Part shown: in pieces, positions 47,358 to 55,971 of the stretch | Numbering within the stretch: position 1 is the stretch's first letter | How the letters are laid out: every line of letters starts with the position of its first letter | Virus record (IMG/VR): IMGVR_UViG_3300031993_000004 | Location: 1-64,000 of that record | Strand: one strand, 5' to 3' | DNA from: a virus | Taxonomy: Duplodnaviria > Caudoviricetes | DNA: 64,000 nucleotides | Notes under the pieces: generated by a model | What the model was told of the DNA's origin: nothing | Seen by the model: the letters and a program-made list of their open reading frames with translations, nothing else | Database searches by the model: none | Position numbers and translations under genes: made by a program

Positions 47358-47977
47358 TGGGATATTACAACGGACGTTATTATGACTACGACGATGAGAA
47401 ACGCATGTTGATCGGAGCATGCACAATCATTGCGATTATCATCGCTATCATTCTCTTCTTCTGTTTCCGTTCTCATGATTACGCAATCGATGTCAAGAGT
47501 GTCCAGTGGGTGTGGACAGTTAACATTGAGGAGCTGAAAGTTGTGCATAAAACCGGCGAATCATACGCTCCATCCAATGCATACAATGTGAGACCATACA
47601 CAGATACTGTGACAAAGCATCATAAAGATTCAAATGGTCATGAATGGACGACTACCGAGCTGGTAACGAAATACGATTATGACATCAATAAATGGATCAA
47701 GACGCGTGAGGTAATGAATGCGGGAACTGACAAGAATCCCGCATTCAAAGAATTCACTCTGAAAGAATCAACACGGAGTGACAATCTCGGTGCAGAGCGA
47801 GAAGCAAATCGTGAGAAGCATTACTATGCGCACGGACCGCAACATCGGTCTGATAACACGACTTGGCATCACATCGAAATCTCTGCAGATATCTGGGGTT
47901 CTCTTCGGGTCGGTGACGAGTTGATGTACTCGAAACGAAATGTCGGGAAACCGTATGACATCCGTATTGCGCAGTGA
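47357..47977 (+). CDS. single-TM membrane protein with extracellular beta domain
   Basis: GGAGG RBS; IGACTIIAIIIAIILFF. Confidence 0.75.
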   Translation: MGYYNGRYYDYDDEKRMLIGACTIIAIIIAIILFFCFRSHDYAIDVKSVQWVWTVNIEELKVVHKTGESYAPSNAYNVRPYTDTVTKHHKDSNGHEWTTTELVTKYDYDINKWIKTREVMNAGTDKNPAFKEFTLKESTRSDNLGAEREANREKHYYAHGPQHRSDNTTWHHIEISADIWGSLRVGDELMYSKRNVGKPYDIRIAQ

Positions 47978-47986
47978 GGTAACAGC

Positions 47987-48088
47987 ATGAACGATGACTA
48001 TTATAAGACAATAAAATTTTTCTGTTTTGCAATCATATGGTCAATCACATGGTTGATTATCGGGGTGCTGGTATGGGCGTTCGTCTAA
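47987..48088 (+). CDS. 33-aa TM microprotein
   Basis: GAGG RBS; MNDDYYKTIKFFCFAIIWSITWLIIGVLVWAFV. Confidence 0.6.
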   Translation: MNDDYYKTIKFFCFAIIWSITWLIIGVLVWAFV

Positions 48089-48106
48089 TAAGTGAGGAGG
48101 TATGGC

Positions 48107-48451
48107 ATGAGCGAAAAGTTTGGATGGCGGACATCGGTTACTGCGGAAGAGGTTCCTAGTCCTACGGAACGGGTTGGCATGATAATCAGTATAATCTGTA
48201 TTCTTGCAATATTGGGTTTGACTGGGTATATCTGGTATGCCGATAAATATGGAAATCATAAGTTGGCTCCGAAGGAAAGTGCACTCATTACAGAGATATC
48301 TACGTATGATTACATCGTCATTGACGGTATCGAATACGCAACGAAAGATATCTGTGAAATCGATTCCGATTGGCCGTATATGACAATGACACTGGATGAC
48401 AAGCAGACCGTTGTCAGGTTCAACGCACATGAGTTTACGTTGCACAATTGA
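48107..48451 (+). CDS. single-TM protein, tandem paralog of 48463
   Basis: YDYIVIDGIEYATKDICEID. Confidence 0.75.
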   Translation: MSEKFGWRTSVTAEEVPSPTERVGMIISIICILAILGLTGYIWYADKYGNHKLAPKESALITEISTYDYIVIDGIEYATKDICEIDSDWPYMTMTLDDKQTVVRFNAHEFTLHN

Positions 48452-48462
48452 GGAGGTTGCAT

Positions 48463-48927
48463 ATGGTTTACAGATCACCTGACGATGATGGCTTTGATAT
48501 GTCGAAGCTTCAAGCAGAATCGGCCAAGAATCCTCCACTGAGCTGCCCTGCGGATATAGAGCTCCCACCACCAATTTTTGAACCATCGGGCGATCCTCCT
48601 GACACTGGTTTCGGGTGGGCAATTGTAATTATCCTATCACTGTTGCTGTTGTCTGGCGTACTGTTTTGGCCGAAAAATCATAAATCCGGACAAGGTGGTG
48701 AATCGAAGCTCACGACAGAAGAAGCGCTTCTCGTGGAGATTTGTGAATATGATTACATTGTGATCAATGGCGTCTCATATCCGACCAAAGACATTAGTGA
48801 GATTGACACAAAGGACTATCCAAATTTGACAATGAAGCTGAACGACTTTCAGTATGTTGTGAAGTTTGATGCTCACAATTTCATATTACGGAACGAGGGT
48901 GTTTCATATGAAGAAGTGGAGAATTGA
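48463..48927 (+). CDS. single-TM protein, tandem paralog of 48107
   Basis: YDYIVINGVSYPTKDISEID. Confidence 0.75.
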   Translation: MVYRSPDDDGFDMSKLQAESAKNPPLSCPADIELPPPIFEPSGDPPDTGFGWAIVIILSLLLLSGVLFWPKNHKSGQGGESKLTTEEALLVEICEYDYIVINGVSYPTKDISEIDTKDYPNLTMKLNDFQYVVKFDAHNFILRNEGVSYEEVEN

Positions 48928-49054
48928 TCTCGGTGACATTCTGGAAGCAATTCTATGGATTGTCTTCTGGGCTCACATGACCGTGTGTTCTGCAATCATC
49001 ATCTATACGTTGTGGGTCACATGGTCGGATATGTTTAGGAGGAATCTCGGATGA
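48908..49054 (+). CDS. TM microprotein
   Basis: GAGGGTG RBS; hydrophobic. Confidence 0.55.
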   Translation: MKKWRIDLGDILEAILWIVFWAHMTVCSAIIIYTLWVTWSDMFRRNLG

Positions 49055-49587
49055 AAGTCTACATCAAAAACCTTTCCATTATTCAGGATATCATCCAACG
49101 CTGGTATTCTGTATATAAAGAACGATACATTCACAATTACGAGATGACGTCATTTATCAACCCCAATGATTCACCAATCTGGTTATTCAAAACACTGCAT
49201 CTCTATCCGCAGATTGTGTTGATCAGTCTCGATCATGATAGAGGATATGCGATCTGTATATTTGACATGGAACGATATAATGACAAGCTTGTGAAAAATA
49301 ATGACGGTTCCATTGATTATGCCGCGAGTCGGAAAGCGCTCCTCAAGGATTGGTCGATTCTGATTCTAAAGGACTCCATTATGTTCCGGTATAAAACAGA
49401 CGAGTATCCGTCGAAGCAATGGGATGAGTCATGGCAAGGTACCATGTTATCAATGTATCAGGATATCGTGCGTGCAAATGATATCTTCGCAAAGGAAGAA
49501 TATCTCGATCCAACTGTGAAAAAGGAGGATTCGGATGGAAGTACTGCAGAACAGGAAGATGAAGAACCCGTTTCTGATCAAGGGTAA
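49051..49587 (+). CDS. hypothetical protein
   Basis: AGGAGG RBS. Confidence 0.7.
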   Translation: MKVYIKNLSIIQDIIQRWYSVYKERYIHNYEMTSFINPNDSPIWLFKTLHLYPQIVLISLDHDRGYAICIFDMERYNDKLVKNNDGSIDYAASRKALLKDWSILILKDSIMFRYKTDEYPSKQWDESWQGTMLSMYQDIVRANDIFAKEEYLDPTVKKEDSDGSTAEQEDEEPVSDQG

Positions 49588-49807
49588 ACCATGTATCGTC
49601 GTACCAGCATCACCTCATGTAATCCGGATCTTTTACGATGAACATGTGTATGACGTATTATTTGATGACATCGAACTTCATAAATGGGTGACATCATCTG
49701 GGACAGAATGGAGACGACAGTACATCAAAGACATGTTGGAGACAAAATTGATTCCGACAGAATCCGTAATTCGAAATGCATCCATTGAGGATGGATATCT
49801 CGCATAA
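49535..49807 (+). CDS. hypothetical protein
   Basis: AAAGGAGG RBS. Confidence 0.65.
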   Translation: MEVLQNRKMKNPFLIKGKPCIVVPASPHVIRIFYDEHVYDVLFDDIELHKWVTSSGTEWRRQYIKDMLETKLIPTESVIRNASIEDGYLA

Positions 49808-49819
49808 GGAGGAACTTGA

Positions 49820-50152
49820 ATGGACATTGACGTTGATGCCGTGACCAAAATCATGGCCGAATGTGTGGCCCAAGAACATGAGATCGATGATATGATCGCA
49901 TATCTCGATGCTGTTTCATTATTCATGCCGTCTGCTGCTGATGAGCTGACCAATGAACAGGTGGTCGCTCTCGAGGTGATTACCAAGTACCATCAAAAGC
50001 AGAAACGTCGACTCGTCGTTTCGAAAGAAAAGGTACACGAGCGGTTCACCCATGCACGGGCTGATTATATGGAGCTTATCAATCAGGCTAAAGCGAAGCA
50101 GAAAACCGAAGGAGGATCTGATGACAATTGTACGGACGATCACGGTCGGTGA
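49820..50152 (+). CDS. hypothetical protein
   Basis: AAGGAGG RBS. Confidence 0.7.
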   Translation: MDIDVDAVTKIMAECVAQEHEIDDMIAYLDAVSLFMPSAADELTNEQVVALEVITKYHQKQKRRLVVSKEKVHERFTHARADYMELINQAKAKQKTEGGSDDNCTDDHGR

Positions 50153-50528
50153 CTTCAAATTCAAAAAGGGTGAGGTTTACGCAATCCAGCTGTTTGTGCG
50201 GGAGCTTCTTGAGAAAGAAATGTGTAATCCATATCCACTGTTGAATGATGCTGCTAAGGAACTTCTGAAACCGAGTCCTGATGATACGCCTGTCGGTTCC
50301 GAAGATATCACGCGACAAATGGTCGCTCGGTCTTTGATGGACGGTGTTGTGTACGGTGTATTTGAACGGTATACTGCAAAAGGTTGTGAGTTCAGTATCA
50401 GATACAACAACTCTACAGTATTTCTGTTCATCCCGGATGATTGGTTTGTGCTGGATGAATTCCACCAGCATATGGGCATCGGTAAAGTTCTTAGTGTCAG
50501 ACCGATGATTCATCATGAAAAGGAGTGA
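50121..50528 (+). CDS. small beta-barrel family protein
   Basis: FKFKKGEVYAIQ; AAGGAGG RBS. Confidence 0.7.
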   Translation: MTIVRTITVGDFKFKKGEVYAIQLFVRELLEKEMCNPYPLLNDAAKELLKPSPDDTPVGSEDITRQMVARSLMDGVVYGVFERYTAKGCEFSIRYNNSTVFLFIPDDWFVLDEFHQHMGIGKVLSVRPMIHHEKE

Positions 50529-50536
50529 ATGTAATC

Positions 50537-50908
50537 ATGACTAATGAAACGAAAATCCCGTATGGTGTAATCACTACACCGCAGTTTGACACGAGCGTGT
50601 TGATCCCGGGTTCAGTGCTTATTATTACACGTTGTAAAGAAGACAAGGCATGTCTCAAATTCTGGACCAGAGAGGGAATTTTGCGCGATACGTCAATGAT
50701 TGTTGAGATGAAGAAGGGGGATGAAATTGTCTGCATGATCGAGTCTGTAAGTGCACACTACTTACATGTATTTGGGCGTGTAAGTGAAGGAATCACCGGT
50801 ATCATGGAATTCAATATTGAAAGTATCGTTGATGATGGATGGCGTATCTCACCAACCAACATATATTCCATAGGAGATGGGACACAAGGTGTCGGAGATG
50901 ATGAATGA
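50537..50908 (+). CDS. small beta-barrel family protein
   Basis: TTPQFDTSVLIPGSVLII. Confidence 0.7.
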   Translation: MTNETKIPYGVITTPQFDTSVLIPGSVLIITRCKEDKACLKFWTREGILRDTSMIVEMKKGDEIVCMIESVSAHYLHVFGRVSEGITGIMEFNIESIVDDGWRISPTNIYSIGDGTQGVGDDE

Positions 50909-51150
50909 AACACGAAAGTTTTGAAGAATTCATCAACCGTGTATCTGATGAACAACATCAGGACATTGATGATTATGATGGATTTATGACGCATTTACGG
51001 CGCTATTCAGCATGCAAAGAAATGCAAGAAATAAAGAAAGCTAAAAGACTTGCGATCATATCAATGATTCTTTGCGGAATTGTTGTCATCAGCGTAGTGA
51101 TCCGTGTTATGATGAGATTGAAAGGAGTGATAGCATGCCTGACGTTGTGA
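50905..51150 (+). CDS. small C-terminal TM protein
   Basis: coupled ORF; hydrophobic helix. Confidence 0.6.
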   Translation: MKHESFEEFINRVSDEQHQDIDDYDGFMTHLRRYSACKEMQEIKKAKRLAIISMILCGIVVISVVIRVMMRLKGVIACLTL

Positions 51151-52556
51151 AGAAAATCCGGTTGTCAGATGATGAGTTGGTGATTGCGATCATAAAAGCC
51201 ATTACGGAGTCATTTGCGAGACCGGAACTGCACCAACTGTACAACTCCCTTATGATTGCTGATTGTCCATTGGAGTATGATCCGACGTATGTATCGTATC
51301 ATGTTAATGTATCTGATAAGCGAAATGATCGGTTTGAAAACCCATGTTTTATTACGGTATATTATAAGGGTGCTGCGATATATACCGTATACTGGGGATA
51401 CGTTAATGAACGCTGTCGTCGTATCATGATAAGTGTTTATGGCATCGGCTTTGATGATAACAAAGAGACTGTTTTGCAGGAAGAAATAACGGCTTCAGAG
51501 TTCGTGATTTTTGAATACAGGTCGACAACGTTGTATGATCGGATTGCTATCAAACCAATTGTCAATCTGATTCGTAATGCGACGCTCGCAGTTCTGGCGC
51601 TCAATAACAATCAGATGCTTGTTGATTCCGCGCAGAAGGTCGTCAATGAATTCTCTGAGCCGATTGAAACTTCATCGAAGGCCGTCGAACCGGCGCCTGT
51701 TGTAATCAACAAAGTTTCGTCTCCTGACATACCGAAACGAGAACTCACTGCTGCAGCAATGTACGAGAGACTGAACCGAGGCTTGTCAAAATACTGCGAA
51801 AATGCGAATTCCAGAGCATCTATTACTGGAAACTTTGTCGCGATGGCACTTGGTATTCGGGACGGGTCTTATGCAGGTAAACTCGGATTGTCAACATATT
51901 ATAGCAGCAATGAGTTCGGGCTTACGATTGTTGACACTGGTGATATTCCGGGGCAAGGTACGAAAGTCTGTTCAGTCATTGTGCATGCTCTATCCAAAAA
52001 TACGGATATTGATCATGCTGACATCGCTGAAATGGTACTTCGGACATATACGCACGGCAACACGTCGGTCGCGAATGAACATCACATTTGCCGTATATTC
52101 AAAGACGGATCTATCAGATGGATAGGCGATAACGATTGCAGAGGAAACGCAAACATTTTCCTGTACTACTTCGCAATCGGGCTGTACAATCTGCTGGTTG
52201 GATATGACGCTGAATATACGTCTCCGGACCCGAAGAACATGATTGTTCCTACCGGCGTTACAACCCGTCCGGTGTTTGATGCAAAGGCGATTCCTCCAGG
52301 ATCCGTAATCTTGATGCATATTTTGAAGCATCATCCAGATTGGCCGATGGGTTTATGGGAAGTCGGACACAATTACAACTGCTACATTCGGAAATATCGT
52401 GATAATGATTGCATTACCGAAATTTCATGTGTTGATCATCGGTATGGCGACATCATTGAGCGAAGACTCACTGTTGCAGAAGTTACTGACGGTTATGTTG
52501 AGATCACGGTTGTTCGACCCGAACGTCCGGATCCGGACGAAACCGAACAATATTAA
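51135..52556 (+). CDS. multidomain hypothetical protein ending in the beta-barrel family domain
   Basis: TTRPVFDAKAIPPGSVILM; AAAGGAG RBS. Confidence 0.75.
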   Translation: MPDVVKKIRLSDDELVIAIIKAITESFARPELHQLYNSLMIADCPLEYDPTYVSYHVNVSDKRNDRFENPCFITVYYKGAAIYTVYWGYVNERCRRIMISVYGIGFDDNKETVLQEEITASEFVIFEYRSTTLYDRIAIKPIVNLIRNATLAVLALNNNQMLVDSAQKVVNEFSEPIETSSKAVEPAPVVINKVSSPDIPKRELTAAAMYERLNRGLSKYCENANSRASITGNFVAMALGIRDGSYAGKLGLSTYYSSNEFGLTIVDTGDIPGQGTKVCSVIVHALSKNTDIDHADIAEMVLRTYTHGNTSVANEHHICRIFKDGSIRWIGDNDCRGNANIFLYYFAIGLYNLLVGYDAEYTSPDPKNMIVPTGVTTRPVFDAKAIPPGSVILMHILKHHPDWPMGLWEVGHNYNCYIRKYRDNDCITEISCVDHRYGDIIERRLTVAEVTDGYVEITVVRPERPDPDETEQY

Positions 52557-52588
52557 ACCTCCAATTTCGTGAGGTCTATTCACAAACA

Positions 52589-52616
52589 ATAGGGCGGGGA
52601 AACCCGCCCTATATTT
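52589..52616 (+). terminator. terminator-like hairpin
   Basis: ATAGGGCGGG-GAAA-CCCGCCCTAT. Confidence 0.7.
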
Positions 52617-52630
52617 CACAACCTTTAAAG

Positions 52631-52642
52631 AACATCTTCATA
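52631..52642 (+). promoter_or_regulatory. putative nvRNAP promoter AACA-N6-TA
   Basis: AACATCTTCATA between terminator and RBS. Confidence 0.55.
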
Positions 52643-52670
52643 CCATATTTCTTTGAAGGGAGAAAATAGC

Positions 52671-54041
52671 ATGGCGACCAAGAAAAAGCAGACTCTACTG
52701 GACGAGGATCTGGCATCAACGCTAGATTTTATGACAATCATCTCAAATGGTGGTACGTCCAGAGTGTTCTCCAAGAATACGCTGATCGATTACTCGTATT
52801 CAACTGGCATTCCGATCATCGATTATGCACTCGGATATGAAGTAAACGTATATGATGGGGATCGTTTCGTAAAGAAACGCACATGTCTGGGTCTTCAGGC
52901 CGGCTCTTTTAATGTTGTCACTGGACGCACACAAGCGTACAAGACAACCATCTGTATCAAGATCATCGCAGAAATCGCGTACAAGTATGGTGGAAACATT
53001 GTACACTATGATGCGGAACAGAGACTTGTTCTGCAACGTGCAAAGAATCTCTCGAAGCTTCCTGGTGACTGGTTCACTGGGGATTATCCAAGATATTCTC
53101 TGCGATCTGGCGCAATCGGATTCGATACACTTCAGAATGATATTGCAGAGATCTATTCTGCAAAGATGCAGAATAAACAATATCTGCTCCAGGATACAGG
53201 AGAGGTTGACGATCAGAATCGTCCCATCAAGCTGATGCCACCGACTGTTGTGTTCTTGGACTCTTTGCAGGATGTCATTGAGAAAGAATACAATGTTGAC
53301 GACAAGAAGTGGGTCGAGGATTCCAAGGAACTTCGTGGCAATATGTACGGCGCACAGTCCGCGAAGACCATCCGAGGTTTGCTGACTGACATTCTTCCGA
53401 TGCTGAAAGAAGCGAACATCATTCTGATCGCAATTGCGCACAAGACATCCAATATGTCTCTCAATCCGTTTGCTGGTGTCAAAAAGCAATTCCAGTATGG
53501 TTCTAATGATGAGAGAATCTCTGGTGGTTCCGCAGTTGAGTTCAACGCATCTTCTGTTATGAACTTCTCTGGTCTGGTATCTGAAGATTCTCGTTATCAT
53601 GAATCGACAGATGGATTTGAGGGTAACACCGTTCTGTTTGAACCGACAAAGTGTTCGACGAATGAATCAGGTAATGTCAAGACAGGTCTTGGCTTCAACA
53701 TCATTATTGATAAACGCAGAGAAGGTGTTGACAATATTCGGACACTGATCGAGTATCTCAAACAGAAAGGACGTCTGAAAGGAAACAAAGCCGGCTATCG
53801 TGTCACCGACACAAATGGTGAACCGATTTCCGATAAGTTTACATGGAAGACATGTCACGATGATTTCAAGGCAGACCCGCATATGTACAGAACATTCATG
53901 TTGACTGCTCGTGAAGAGCTTGAGAAACTGATCGCAAAGGCTCCTGTTGATGTTATGGGAACAATTAAACCGTTCTCAATGGATGACATCATCGATGATC
54001 TGGCTGTTTCTGTTGATGCGGAAATGGCATCGGCAAAATGA
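52671..54041 (+). CDS. RecA/UvsX-like recombinase of jumbo phages
   Basis: STGIPIIDYALG, Walker A GRTQAYKTT, YDAE, Walker B VVFLDSL, ISGGSAVEF. Confidence 0.88.
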   Translation: MATKKKQTLLDEDLASTLDFMTIISNGGTSRVFSKNTLIDYSYSTGIPIIDYALGYEVNVYDGDRFVKKRTCLGLQAGSFNVVTGRTQAYKTTICIKIIAEIAYKYGGNIVHYDAEQRLVLQRAKNLSKLPGDWFTGDYPRYSLRSGAIGFDTLQNDIAEIYSAKMQNKQYLLQDTGEVDDQNRPIKLMPPTVVFLDSLQDVIEKEYNVDDKKWVEDSKELRGNMYGAQSAKTIRGLLTDILPMLKEANIILIAIAHKTSNMSLNPFAGVKKQFQYGSNDERISGGSAVEFNASSVMNFSGLVSEDSRYHESTDGFEGNTVLFEPTKCSTNESGNVKTGLGFNIIIDKRREGVDNIRTLIEYLKQKGRLKGNKAGYRVTDTNGEPISDKFTWKTCHDDFKADPHMYRTFMLTAREELEKLIAKAPVDVMGTIKPFSMDDIIDDLAVSVDAEMASAK

Positions 54042-54085
54042 GTTTTGCTTTTGTTGCATACAAAAAATGCATGATTTTGAGGATA

Positions 54086-54122
54086 AATTGGGGCGCATTT
54101 GCGCCCCAATTTGTTCTTTTTT
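54086..54122 (+). terminator. intrinsic terminator
   Basis: AAATTGGGGCGC-ATTT-GCGCCCCAATTT then T-run. Confidence 0.8.
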
Positions 54123-54124
54123 AC

Positions 54125-54255
54125 AAAAAAAAGAGAGATCGATGTTTGGGATGGATGCGGGTGGGAACCCGCGAACATCAATCTCTCTTCAGTGAAACAA
54201 TATGCAGCTCAGTAGATCTATCTACGGTGCTCTAATCATTCTTACACCTCCTTTC
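54125..54255 (-). ncRNA. candidate structured small RNA with MIRAP minigene
   Basis: GAAAGGAGGTG SD, ATG ATT AGA GCA CCG TAG, 16-bp closing stem plus inner GCGGGT-TCCC-ACCCGC hairpin and U-tail. Confidence 0.45.
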
Positions 54256-54275
54256 ACACGTAACGATTGCGGGGT

Positions 54276-54608
54276 TTAATCCACAATCGTTATGTAGTTT
54301 TCCTCTAGACGGTTAACACCTAACTCATCGACCTCGGTATGATAGCCGAGGTCGGCCAACTTTATTGTTTTTATGTCAGGATGCTCTGTAATGTATTCTT
54401 TGATCAGCTCGGAGAGCTGTCTTTTGATTTTCCTCTCTCTCCTTTTCTGGAGATAGATCAGAATTTTTGTCGGTTCGATCGGCCGACGACGACCATTGTT
54501 GCGCTTGTTAAGCGCTGTAGAAATGATATGAATCACGGCCACAATTGTGGCGCCAATAATGGCGCCAATCATAAATCTTTGAATGATTGTTGTATCAAAC
54601 ATGTTCAT
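54276..54608 (-). CDS. N-terminal TM protein
   Basis: GGGAGG RBS; IGAIIGATIVAVIHII. Confidence 0.7.
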   Translation of the reverse strand: MNMFDTTIIQRFMIGAIIGATIVAVIHIISTALNKRNNGRRRPIEPTKILIYLQKRRERKIKRQLSELIKEYITEHPDIKTIKLADLGYHTEVDELGVNRLEENYITIVD

Positions 54609-54616
54609 TGCCTCCC

Positions 54617-54733
54617 TTAATTTCTCGGCAGTATCCTGTCAAGGATACTTACACAAACGGATACCAGCATGGCCATGATCATGGCCGTGCCGGCGAGTTT
54701 ATAGTCTTTTATTTTTGCTTTAGGTCTTTTCAT
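54617..54733 (-). CDS. 38-aa basic/hydrophobic microprotein
   Basis: GAAAGTGAGG RBS; MKRPKAKIKDYKLAGTAMIMAMLVSVCVSILDRILPRN. Confidence 0.6.
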   Translation of the reverse strand: MKRPKAKIKDYKLAGTAMIMAMLVSVCVSILDRILPRN

Positions 54734-54775
54734 AGATTGTTTCCTCACTTTCCGACCATTACAGGTCTATATTTC

Positions 54776-54795
54776 ATTATAAATATATACATACG
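54776..54795 (-). promoter_or_regulatory. putative early promoter
   Basis: GTATGTATATATTTATAAT after a terminator. Confidence 0.5.
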
Positions 54796-54814
54796 AAAAT
54801 GCGGAATCTTATCA

Positions 54815-54845
54815 GAAAAAACGGGCGATTGTTCGCCCGTTTTTT
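54815..54845 (-). terminator. intrinsic terminator
   Basis: AAAACGGGCGA...TCGCCCGTTTT. Confidence 0.8.
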
Positions 54846-55264
54846 CACTCTTCTTCGACCGACGCTGTATCTGCCGGAATGATACCGCAACAGTCCGCCG
54901 CGAATCGTATTGCTTCGATAATCCTACCGCAGCATACCATTCCACAAATAATCATTTGTCCACCTGTCTCCATATCCGGGTTCACCGACTCATAATTGTC
55001 GGCGACTGCCAGAGACTCGATTGCTGTGGCCGTATCAATCAGCTCGACGCAGCCAAGAAGCTCGTTGATAATGGCCTCAGCGGGATCTGGCGCTGCCAGC
55101 AGATACTCGGCCTTTTGCACACCAAATACATAGTATGCAAGTTTGACAGCAGCTTCCTTCGTCTCACGATTAGTGCTGTCTGCAGAAGCCAGAATGCAGA
55201 TAGTCATCGCAGCATTCTCGAAGTCATTCGAGAATACCTTTCGTCCATTGATCAATCTTTTCAT
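54845..55264 (-). CDS. hypothetical early protein
   Basis: GAAAGCGAGG RBS. Confidence 0.75.
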   Translation of the reverse strand: MKRLINGRKVFSNDFENAAMTICILASADSTNRETKEAAVKLAYYVFGVQKAEYLLAAPDPAEAIINELLGCVELIDTATAIESLAVADNYESVNPDMETGGQMIICGMVCCGRIIEAIRFAADCCGIIPADTASVEEE

Positions 55265-55291
55265 AGATTTCCTCGCTTTCCGGAGTCGGGT

Positions 55292-55492
55292 TTAGTCCCC
55301 CGTGTAATTCCACAGAGAACCATAAAACTTTCTGATGTACTCATACTCTGCTTGAGTAATGAGTCCATCTGACAGCGCGTGCCCAAAGGCATCGCAACGG
55401 GACATCTGCACAGGAACGCTATTGTATTTCCTTTCGAAGGTGATATACATCCTGTGGATGTCATATTCTGTTGGCATGGAAAGTTCATTCAT
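55292..55492 (-). CDS. small hypothetical early protein
   Basis: ATGA overlap; ends YGSLWNYTGD. Confidence 0.7.
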   Translation of the reverse strand: MNELSMPTEYDIHRMYITFERKYNSVPVQMSRCDAFGHALSDGLITQAEYEYIRKFYGSLWNYTGD

Positions 55493-55797
55493 TTGAAATC
55501 ACGCTCCCATCCTCCAACATAACTGAGGAGATGCTCCAAGTCCTTGAGCTTCTTCTCATGCTCATTGAGCATTGACACAAGGTCGAAATAATTTTCGGTA
55601 CAATCTGTCAATTCGTAGACTGCCTTTCGGCAGGCCATATCCGCTTTATCAACGGATGCGAACCTCCCGAGTACAGCTTTCGCTGTGTCAATAAATTCCC
55701 GCTCAATGCTCATCGCCATGTTGAGTTTTCCGGCAAGATTACGGGCATCGTGCCGGATGGACTCTTCGAGTCCTCTGATTTCATTTATGCTTGCCAT
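55489..55797 (-). CDS. hypothetical early coiled-coil protein
   Basis: ATG 55797 after the conserved leader RBS. Confidence 0.75.
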   Translation of the reverse strand: MASINEIRGLEESIRHDARNLAGKLNMAMSIEREFIDTAKAVLGRFASVDKADMACRKAVYELTDCTENYFDLVSMLNEHEKKLKDLEHLLSYVGGWERDFK

Positions 55798-55920
55798 AGT
55801 GGTCCTCACTTTCTGCTCCGATAGGAGCTCGCGACGGCGTTTGATCATTACGCCGTCTATGTTTGTATTCTGAAGGTTGATATTATCTTCCTTCATAATA
55901 ATAATATATATACAGAAATC
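55798..55920 (-). promoter_or_regulatory. early promoter plus structured 5' leader, copy 2
   Basis: homologous to 104-224. Confidence 0.75.
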
Positions 55921-55931
55921 GTGTTTCTAAG

Positions 55932-55965
55932 AAAAAACGAATTGGGTGGGGCTTGCCCCACCCAT
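55932..55965 (-). terminator. terminator-like hairpin after ligase
   Basis: TGGGTGGGG-CAAG-CCCCACCCA then T-run. Confidence 0.75.
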
Positions 55966-55971
55966 ATTCAT

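Noticed and set aside
52900-52960. Non-canonical Walker A (GRTQAYKTT) suggesting an inactive RecA
   Set aside because: As I recall, an aromatic residue at this position also occurs in phiKZ-type UvsX proteins; Lys, Thr and Walker B are intact.
54587-55372. 261-aa plus-strand ORF and other long antisense ORFs (e.g. 28383-29108, 42056-42733, 52800-53600)
   Set aside because: Shadow frames opposite genes with good RBSs; 54587-55372 also crosses a terminator, and none shows a recognisable motif.
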